IMG/VR virus record: IMGVR_UViG_3300033994_001756
Span: 32,001-96,000 of that record
DNA length: 64,000 nt
Strand: one strand, 5' to 3'
From: a virus
Shown here one piece after another: positions 57,298-64,000 of this stretch. The notes beneath the pieces were generated by a model. The model did no database searches, was not told where the DNA came from, and saw nothing but the letters and a program-made list of their open reading frames with translations. The translations under genes and the position numbers were made by a program. Position 1 is the stretch's first letter; each line of letters opens with the position of its first letter.

Positions 57298-58274
57298 GTT
57301 ACATTGACATCAAATACATTAATCTCATTTCAATTAGACTAGACAAATTTGCAAAGAAGAAAGATAATCTATATAACTTTAGGTGTCCTTATTGCGGTGA
57401 CTCTACGAAAAATAAAAACCGTGCAAGGGGATTCCTCTACCGAAAAAATGCAGACATGGTATTCAAGTGCCATAACTGTGGGGTAGGACGTTCATTAGCT
57501 AATTTTCTAAAGGATCTAGATGTCACTGTCCATGATGAATATGTCATGGAGAGATTTAAGTCTGGATTGACTGGTCGTGGTTCAAACACTGCAGAGCCTA
57601 AGTTTGAGTTTCAGAAACCAGTATTTAAAAAGACTCCATTATCAGAGCTGGAAAAGATATCAGAACTAAATAATTCACACCCAGCAAAAAAATACCTTCT
57701 CAACAGACAGATCCCAGAAAAGTTCTTTTCTAAATTCTATTACGCCGAGGATTTTCATGCTTGGGCCAAGACTGAAACAAAAATCAAAGAGTCTAGAATC
57801 ATCATCCCACTCATGTCCAAAAGTGGAAAACTTTTTGGATATCAGGGGAGGGCTCTTGACAAAACTGCAAAACTACGCTATATTACTACCATCCTGGATG
57901 ATAAGTACGCTAAACTATTTGGACTTGATTCTTTAGATTTCGACAAAACCATCTATGTCACAGAGGGTCCTTTCGACTCTCTTTTTCTGTCTAATGCAAT
58001 TGCCATGTGTGGATCTGATGTATATCTAGAAAAGTCTATCTACAAAGATAGAGTTTTCATTTTAGACAACGAACCTCGCAATCTTCAAATTGTTCAACGC
58101 TATGACAAACTTATCAGTGCAGGAGAGAAGGTGGTTATTTGGCCTTCTAATGTCAAAGAAAAGGATATAAACGATATGATTATTGCTGGACTCAACCCAC
58201 AGCAATTAGTTACAGACAATACCTATCAGGGGTTGGAAGCTAAAGTTAAATTTACTACATGGAAGAAAGTATGA
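57294..58274 (+). CDS. gp61: DNA primase gp61
   Basis: CPYCGDS...KCHNCG zinc finger; TEGPFDS, DNEPRN and KDINDM TOPRIM motifs. Confidence 0.97.
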   Translation: MSYIDIKYINLISIRLDKFAKKKDNLYNFRCPYCGDSTKNKNRARGFLYRKNADMVFKCHNCGVGRSLANFLKDLDVTVHDEYVMERFKSGLTGRGSNTAEPKFEFQKPVFKKTPLSELEKISELNNSHPAKKYLLNRQIPEKFFSKFYYAEDFHAWAKTETKIKESRIIIPLMSKSGKLFGYQGRALDKTAKLRYITTILDDKYAKLFGLDSLDFDKTIYVTEGPFDSLFLSNAIAMCGSDVYLEKSIYKDRVFILDNEPRNLQIVQRYDKLISAGEKVVIWPSNVKEKDINDMIIAGLNPQQLVTDNTYQGLEAKVKFTTWKKV

Positions 58275-60571
58275 GTAACGGTACTAAAGTTAAAAAACGT
58301 AATGGTACTTTTGAATCTCTAGATCTAGACAAGATTCATAACATGGTTGAATGTGCTTGTGGTGGATTAGCAGGTGTTAGTGCATCTCAAGTGGAGATTC
58401 AGTCTGGTCTTCAATTTTATGATGGGATTACAACAGATGAAATCCAAGAAATCCTGGTTAGGTCAGCTAGCGACCTTATCAGTCTCGATAATCCAAATTA
58501 TCAGTATGTTGCTGCTCGTCTCTTGCTTTTCGGTTTATATAAGCAAGTCTTTGGAGCTAATTGGAAGAACGGGTTCCCCTCAATAGGAGATCATCTATAT
58601 CATGGGGTAATGAAAGGTGTTTATGATAAAGCCCTTTCTGGAAAGTATACTGATGATGAATGGGACAAAATTAATTCTTGGATTGATCATGAAAGAGATT
58701 ATATCTTTACTTATGCTGGACTCAGGCAAGTAGTAGACAAATATCTTGTACAAGACAGGAGTTCAAAGACAATATATGAAACTCCCCAATACATGTACAT
58801 GCTAATTTCTGCAACCATGTTTGCAGAATATCCAAAGGAAACTAGACTTGATTATGTCAAACGATACTACAACGCAATCTCCAAACACCGAATTAACATT
58901 CCCACGCCAATTATGGCAGGTGTTAGAACCCCTCTTCGTCAATTTGCTTCTTGTGTGCTTATTGATTCTGACGATTCTCTTAACTCTATCTTCAGCTCTG
59001 ACATGGCTATTGGCCGTTATGTGGCTCAGCGTGCAGGAATCGGTATCAACGCAGGCCGAATCAGGGGTATCAATAGCAAAATCCGTGGAGGAGAAGTCGC
59101 ACATACAGGAGTCATTCCGTTTCTCAAGAAATTTGAAGCGACGGTCAGGTGTTGCACTCAAAACGGCATACGAGGTGGCTCAGCTACAGTTCATTTTCCT
59201 ATTTGGCATCAAGAAATTGAAGACATCATAGTTCTAAAGAATAATAAAGGAACTGAAGATAACAGAGTTCGTAAGCTAGACTATAGCATTCAAATTAGCA
59301 AGATCTTCTATGAACGATTCATTCAAAACGGAGAAGTCTCACTCTTCTCTCCACACGACGTTCCTGGTTTGTATGATGCTTTTGGCACTGATAGATTTGA
59401 CGAGCTATATGTATCTTATGAACGAGATACATCTATTCCAAGAAAAACTATCGGCGCTCAAGAACTATTTCTAAACATCCTCAAGGAACGTGCAGAAACA
59501 GGTCGTATTTACATCATGAATATCGACCATTGCAATTCACACTCTTCCTTCCTTGATAAAGTGAACATGTCTAATCTCTGCCAAGAGATTACACTTCCAA
59601 CAGTTCCCATCAATCATATTGATGATTCAAGTGGCGAAATTGCACTTTGTATTCTATCTGCAGTTAATGTAGGTAAGATTAGCAACTTTGATGAGATGGA
59701 AGAACTATGCGATCTGTCTATTCGTGCCCTAGATGAACTGATTGATTATCAAGATTATCCAATCGAAGCTGCACGTATTTCAACCAAGGCACGTCGTTCT
59801 CTTGGTGTTGGCTACATTGGTCTTGCTCACTTCCTTGCTCGTAATGGAGTAAAGTATGAAGACCCCCAAGCATGGAAACTAGTTCACGATCTGACAGAAG
59901 CATTCCAGTATTATCTTCTCAAGGCATCCAATCAACTTGCTATTGAAAAGGGTAAGTGTGATTATTTTGGTCGTACTAAGTATTCTCATGGTGTTCTCCC
60001 AATCGATACATACAAAAAAGATGTAGACGAAATCACACCAAACGATCTTCAGTATGATTGGGAAACTCTTAGAACATCCATCCTGGCTCACGGTCTCAGG
60101 CACTCAACATTGTCCGCACAAATGCCTTCTGAGAGCAGTTCCGTTGTGTCAAATGAAACAAATGGAATCGAGCCACCTAGAGATTACTTGTCCGTTAAAA
60201 AATCAAAGAAGGGACCACTTAAGCAAATTGTTCCCAGCTATCAATCTCTCAAGAAGAACTATACGCTTCTCTGGGATATGCCTAGCAACACTGGTTATAT
60301 TAATATTGTTGCTGTGATGCAAAAGTTCTTTGACCAGGCAATCTCTGGTAACTGGAGTTACAATCCAGAGAACTATCCAGATAATGAAGTTCCAGTATCT
60401 GTTATGGCTCAAGATCTTCTATCAACATACAAGTATGGCTGGAAGACAAGCTACTATCAGAACACCTATGATAGTAAGTCTGACGGAGATGTAGAAGAAA
60501 AAGGTGAAGCATTAACTCAATTACTTGCTCAACTAGAATCAGACGACGACTGCGAAAGCTGCAAAATCTAA
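58271..60571 (+). CDS. nrdA: Ribonucleotide reductase class Ia alpha subunit
   Basis: ATP cone VKKRNG; QFASCVL, SNLCQEI, SAQMPSESSS and KTSYY motifs; C-terminal CESCKI. Start placed at the ATGA overlap. Confidence 0.98.
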   Translation: MSNGTKVKKRNGTFESLDLDKIHNMVECACGGLAGVSASQVEIQSGLQFYDGITTDEIQEILVRSASDLISLDNPNYQYVAARLLLFGLYKQVFGANWKNGFPSIGDHLYHGVMKGVYDKALSGKYTDDEWDKINSWIDHERDYIFTYAGLRQVVDKYLVQDRSSKTIYETPQYMYMLISATMFAEYPKETRLDYVKRYYNAISKHRINIPTPIMAGVRTPLRQFASCVLIDSDDSLNSIFSSDMAIGRYVAQRAGIGINAGRIRGINSKIRGGEVAHTGVIPFLKKFEATVRCCTQNGIRGGSATVHFPIWHQEIEDIIVLKNNKGTEDNRVRKLDYSIQISKIFYERFIQNGEVSLFSPHDVPGLYDAFGTDRFDELYVSYERDTSIPRKTIGAQELFLNILKERAETGRIYIMNIDHCNSHSSFLDKVNMSNLCQEITLPTVPINHIDDSSGEIALCILSAVNVGKISNFDEMEELCDLSIRALDELIDYQDYPIEAARISTKARRSLGVGYIGLAHFLARNGVKYEDPQAWKLVHDLTEAFQYYLLKASNQLAIEKGKCDYFGRTKYSHGVLPIDTYKKDVDEITPNDLQYDWETLRTSILAHGLRHSTLSAQMPSESSSVVSNETNGIEPPRDYLSVKKSKKGPLKQIVPSYQSLKKNYTLLWDMPSNTGYINIVAVMQKFFDQAISGNWSYNPENYPDNEVPVSVMAQDLLSTYKYGWKTSYYQNTYDSKSDGDVEEKGEALTQLLAQLESDDDCESCKI

Positions 60572-60582
60572 GGAGAACTTAC

Positions 60583-61746
60583 ATGCAATTCATCAAAAAT
60601 ACCAACAGTGAAATCAAGGGTATGACCGTATTCAACAGCAATCATGTAGACACCAAAAAGCAACCAATGTTTTTTGGTGCTCCTCTTGGAGTTCAAAGGT
60701 ATGATTCATACAAGTATCCTATCTTTGAAAAGCTCACCCAGCAACAGCTTGGATATTTCTGGAGACCTGAGGAGGTCTCCCTCCAAAAAGATCGTGCAGA
60801 TTATCAAACACTTCGCCCTGAACAAAAGCACATCTTTACTTCAAATTTGAAGTATCAGATCATGCTTGATTCCGTTCAGGGTCGTGGTCCTGGCATGGCA
60901 TTTCTACCATACTGCTCACTTCCAGAACTGGAAGCTTGTATGACCATCTGGGAAACTATGGAGATGATTCATAGTCGCTCATATACCTATATCATCAAGA
61001 ATGTATACTCAGATGTATCTGAAGTATTTGATACTATTCTTGATGATGAAAAGATTCTAGAACGTGCAACCAGTGTAACTCAAGCCTACGATGAACTAAT
61101 TGAGTCTGCCCAGCAATGGGGTGGCGGTAAGCTATGGGAACTTGGCGATCATACTACTGCAAACATTGAACTCAAAGAACTAAAGAGAAAACTATATCGT
61201 GCTGTCATGAATGTGAATATTCTTGAGGGCATTCGTTTCTATGTTTCCTTTGCATGTTCGTTTGCATTTGGTGAACTTAAACTCATGGAAGGATCTGCTA
61301 AGATCATTGGCTTGATTGCTCGTGATGAATCTCAGCATCTAGGTATTACTCAGAACATTATCAAGAATTGGAAGAATGGTGATGATCCACAGATGCTAGA
61401 AATCATTGAAGAAGAGCAAGATAATGTACGTCAAATGTATGCCCGTGCAGTAAATGAAGAGAAAGCTTGGGCAGAGTATCTGTTCAAAGATGGTTCAATG
61501 ATTGGCTTGAATGCAAAACTACTATCCTCCTATGTTGAGTACATTGCAAACCGTAGGATGAAGTCTATTGGACTGAAGCCAATGTTTGATATTTCAATGT
61601 CAAACAATCCACTTCCTTGGACTGAGCATTGGCTAAATTCTAAGATGATGCAGAATGCTCCCCAAGAAACAGAGATTGAATCTTATGTGATTGGTGGCAT
61701 CAAACAAGACATGAAGAACGATACTTTCTCTGGGTTTAAACTGTAG
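60583..61746 (+). CDS. nrdB: Ribonucleotide reductase class Ia beta subunit
   Basis: FWRPEE, LDSVQGR, EMIHSRSY, EGIRFY, RDESQH and APQETE motifs. Confidence 0.98.
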   Translation: MQFIKNTNSEIKGMTVFNSNHVDTKKQPMFFGAPLGVQRYDSYKYPIFEKLTQQQLGYFWRPEEVSLQKDRADYQTLRPEQKHIFTSNLKYQIMLDSVQGRGPGMAFLPYCSLPELEACMTIWETMEMIHSRSYTYIIKNVYSDVSEVFDTILDDEKILERATSVTQAYDELIESAQQWGGGKLWELGDHTTANIELKELKRKLYRAVMNVNILEGIRFYVSFACSFAFGELKLMEGSAKIIGLIARDESQHLGITQNIIKNWKNGDDPQMLEIIEEEQDNVRQMYARAVNEEKAWAEYLFKDGSMIGLNAKLLSSYVEYIANRRMKSIGLKPMFDISMSNNPLPWTEHWLNSKMMQNAPQETEIESYVIGGIKQDMKNDTFSGFKL

Positions 61747-61762
61747 TCAATGCGGGAGTTTT

Positions 61763-61770
61763 TATAAATA
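61763..61770 (+). promoter_or_regulatory. Late promoter TATAAATA
   Basis: Exact consensus, 31 nt before the ATG at 61802. Confidence 0.8.
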
Positions 61771-61801
61771 ATACTATAAAGTAACATTTATAGAAACTCC
61801 A

Positions 61802-63109
61802 ATGACAAGTACCCAAAAACTTTATGAGTCTTACTTCGCCGTATATGACGACGAACTAAGAGAAGATATTTTCGCAGTTGAAGAAGATTTATCATTTGTT
61901 GATGATCTTTCCGATAATGAGCTTACCATAATTATGGAAGCCATTTTTTCTGAAGGTGAGTTCAAACTTAACGAGTGTGTGCAATTACTTGACTCTCAGA
62001 TTCTTTCCGAAGAAAGTGAAATGGAAAGAATGAATAGACTGCAAAACAAAGCAACTCGTGAGAGAAAATCCGCAGCGGCAACCGCAAAGAGAGAAAAGTC
62101 TGCTGAGCGTGAAAGAGTTGGCAGAAAACATGCAATAAAAAGAATGCAAGTTGCTGCAGTTCGTGCTGGTCGTAATATTGCAGATAGAGCAAAGACTTTA
62201 GGTGCTGGTGCTGCTTCTGCTGCTATGGGAGGCGCTGCTGAAGTTGGACGCAAACTATCATCTGCCAAGGAGAAAGTTAAAGGATTTTTGAGTAATGTTA
62301 AAAAATCCGCAAAAGCTGGGTATAGTGCTGCCAAGAAAGAATTTAGTGGACAAGCAGCAAAGGAAGCAAAGGCAAGAGAAACTGGTCGTCAAATGAGAAG
62401 AGCAGCAAGAGCCCAAGCTTCTGCTGCAAGACGTGCGGATACTTCTGAGTTTGAATCAAAACCATCATCATCAGCATCATCATCAAAACCAACATGGAGA
62501 CCTGGTGGGCAGAATGTAAACAGAACATTCAAACCTCAGCAGGGTCCAAAACCAGCATCATCATCATCATCATCAAAACCAACTTGGAGACCTGGTGGAC
62601 AGAATGTAAACAGAACATTCAAACCCCAACAAGGTCCATCTCCAGCACCAAAAGGTCCAAGATCTCCTGCTCCTTATAGGAATGTAGGCGGTGCAATTAA
62701 AAATTCTGTTGAACCTTCTTCAACCGGAAGAGCACTTCCTCCTGTGGGTGCAGGAACACGAACTCCTGGTGGAAATCTAAGACGCCCATCTCAAAGAGCT
62801 TTAGCTATGAGTAGAGCTATAAAACAAGGAAGAAAGAGACTCGGTGAGGATTTTGATTTTATTCTTGAATATCTAATTAACGAAGGTTATGCTGAAACCT
62901 TTGACCAGGCAGTTGAAGTTCTTGATTCATTTAGCGATCATGAAGTAAATCAGATTGTTGAAAACTATTATTCAGAAGAAAGAGAAGATCTTTATGATGT
63001 AGTTCTTGCTCATCTCCTAGATGAAGGCTATGCCGATACTCCAGAAGATGCTCAATCTATCATGGCTAACATGTCAGATGCATGGATCTCTGAGATTCTA
63101 GAAGGCTGA
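61802..63109 (+). CDS. Modular hypothetical late protein (acidic-basic-acidic; putative internal head protein)
   Basis: Acidic N-terminus, a long A/K/R/P/S-rich basic middle, and two C-terminal (Y/H)LxxEGYA modules. Confidence 0.75.
   Translation: MTSTQKLYESYFAVYDDELREDIFAVEEDLSFVDDLSDNELTIIMEAIFSEGEFKLNECVQLLDSQILSEESEMERMNRLQNKATRERKSAAATAKREKSAERERVGRKHAIKRMQVAAVRAGRNIADRAKTLGAGAASAAMGGAAEVGRKLSSAKEKVKGFLSNVKKSAKAGYSAAKKEFSGQAAKEAKARETGRQMRRAARAQASAARRADTSEFESKPSSSASSSKPTWRPGGQNVNRTFKPQQGPKPASSSSSSKPTWRPGGQNVNRTFKPQQGPSPAPKGPRSPAPYRNVGGAIKNSVEPSSTGRALPPVGAGTRTPGGNLRRPSQRALAMSRAIKQGRKRLGEDFDFILEYLINEGYAETFDQAVEVLDSFSDHEVNQIVENYYSEEREDLYDVVLAHLLDEGYADTPEDAQSIMANMSDAWISEILEG
62459..62638 (+). 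repeat. 90-nt imperfect tandem duplication (KPxSSxSSSKPTWRPGGQNVNRTFKPQQGP x2)
   Basis: Read directly; differences are mostly synonymous; contains (TCA)n microsatellites. Confidence 0.92.
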
Positions 63110-63131
63110 TTTTAAGCTCAAACCTTTTCCT

Positions 63132-63156
63132 GAGACCCTATGGGGTCTCTTTTTTT
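63132..63156 (+). terminator. Rho-independent terminator
   Basis: GAGACCC-TATG-GGGTCTC-T7. Confidence 0.88.
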
Positions 63157-63231
63157 ATGGCTGAGAACCCTAGTAAAACCGTAGAAAAAAAGCATGTTTT
63201 CTGGCTTATTAAGGATTTTCGATATGGGGGC

Positions 63232-63285
63232 TTGACAAGACCCGTAAAACCCTGTATAATAACTCTGTCAGGGTTCAGATAAATA
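63232..63285 (+). promoter_or_regulatory. Sigma70-type promoter plus 27-nt repeated block, copy 2, fused to a late box
   Basis: TTGACA-N17-TATAAT then AACTCTGTCAGGGTTCAGA; ATAAATA at 63279-63285. Confidence 0.85.
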
Positions 63286-63311
63286 TCTTAGATATTACTT
63301 AGAGATATATT

Positions 63312-63656
63312 ATGAAACCTCAGAGTGCTAAAGCTAAAGGTAGGAATCTACAGAAGTGGGTTAGAGATCAACTCATAGAACAACTAGATGTACATCCTGA
63401 AGATATTGAATCAAGATCTATGGGTGCTGGTGGTGAAGATTTAATCATGGCCAGAGCTGCTAGAAGTAAGTTTCCTTTTTCTATTGAATGTAAGAATGTT
63501 GAGAAGTTGAATGTATGGGAAGCTTATGAACAAGCTAAAGCTAACTGTGGAAATTATGAACCTATTGTAGTCATGAAAAAAAATCACAAGAAACCTTTAG
63601 TCGTTGTTGATGCAGAGTACTTTATCAAACTATTCGGAGAGACCAATGCAAATTGA
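63312..63656 (+). CDS. PD-(D/E)xK nuclease, Holliday-junction-resolvase-like
   Basis: SAKAKGR.LQ, MGAGGED, FSIECKN and AYEQA motifs. Confidence 0.8.
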   Translation: MKPQSAKAKGRNLQKWVRDQLIEQLDVHPEDIESRSMGAGGEDLIMARAARSKFPFSIECKNVEKLNVWEAYEQAKANCGNYEPIVVMKKNHKKPLVVVDAEYFIKLFGETNAN

Positions 63657-64000
63657 CTTACACAACTTTTTTAAACACTACGACGAAACTAATCCAAAGC
63701 ATGTAGCTGCGGTAGAGCAATTTGAAAAGGATCTAGTTATCAAAGCTCAGGAGCTAATGCAGGATGAAGCTAACTGGGTTAGAATTTTTAGGACTAAGCC
63801 AGATAAACCAAAATCAAATATCCTAGAAGTTCCATTCTTCCCACAGACAGATAATTACAGAGATGCTAACCGTACTTGTAACAGTTCTGCTTGTGCTATG
63901 TGTCTTGAGTATTTTAAACCTGGCACTTTAAAAGGACCTAAGGGTGATGATGCATATGTTCAAAAGGTATTCTCAATCGGTGATACAACTGATCATGTGG
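63646..64000 (+). CDS. C39-like cysteine peptidase (possible endolysin), 3'-truncated; absent from the track
   Basis: GGAGA SD. MQIDLHNFFKHYD...ILEVPFFPQTDNYRDANRTCNSSACAMCLEY...: the L.VP.F.Q...C...(A/S).AM.L.Y C39 signature. Open to the window end. Confidence 0.75.
   Translation, partial: MQIDLHNFFKHYDETNPKHVAAVEQFEKDLVIKAQELMQDEANWVRIFRTKPDKPKSNILEVPFFPQTDNYRDANRTCNSSACAMCLEYFKPGTLKGPKGDDAYVQKVFSIGDTTDHV

Noticed and set aside
21561-61746. Introns, inteins or homing endonucleases in gp17, gp20, gp43, gp41, nrdA and nrdB
   Set aside because: All are uninterrupted ORFs of ordinary length; no intein termini or HNH, GIY-YIG or LAGLIDADG motifs were seen.
1772-62528. The many minus-strand ORFs in the track that lie inside recognised genes (e.g. 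15911-16405, 21848-22204, 40191-40580, 58802-59161)
   Set aside because: Antisense shadows of codon-biased plus-strand genes, with no SD, promoter or protein motif. Only 44336-44656 and 44019-44165 are accepted on the minus strand.
62459-62638. CRISPR-like array
   Set aside because: An in-frame coding tandem duplication without unique spacers; no cas genes.
1-64000. tRNA genes, stop-codon reassignment and a diversity-generating retroelement
   Set aside because: No cloverleaf was recognised in the short intergenic gaps. Core genes are intact under the standard code, with TAA, TAG and TGA all used as stops. No reverse transcriptase or adenine-variable repeat pair was seen.

Overview
64 kb from the conserved core of a T4-like cyanomyovirus (Kyanoviridae-type; a freshwater lineage is plausible but not provable from this window). 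Almost all genes are on the + strand. Order: baseplate/fibre genes (gp7-like, gp8, VrlC-like), neck-terminase-tail-head genes (gp13-gp23, gp3), uvsY/uvsW, gp55, gp47/46, a vWA-peptidase/CobS pair, gp45/44/62, regA, hsp20, gp43, uvsX, gp41, mazG, a late block of putative internal head proteins, gp61, nrdA/nrdB, a resolvase-like nuclease and a truncated C39-peptidase-like gene. Host-type TTGACA-N17-TAnnnT promoters precede the replication genes; T4 late-type (T/A/C)TAAATA boxes precede the structural genes. Items not shown by, or not evident from, the ORF track: (1) a minus-strand nitrogen-sensing cassette (NtcA box, tandem glutamine-riboswitch-like aptamers, 48-aa DUF4278-like peptide); (2) a 52-aa NblA-like ORF inside the structural operon; (3) two oppositely oriented copies, 29 kb apart, of a promoter plus an identical 27-nt block, one with no ORF downstream (candidate R-loop origins or sRNAs); (4) several +1-frame ORFs nested in replication genes that coincide with rare-codon patches, some with SD-like motifs; (5) modular late proteins with T4 capsid-targeting and gp21-cleavage-like motifs; (6) a candidate late sRNA after hsp20. 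I found no tRNA, CRISPR array, intron, intein or IS element. All family calls come from motif recognition and synteny, not from database searches.
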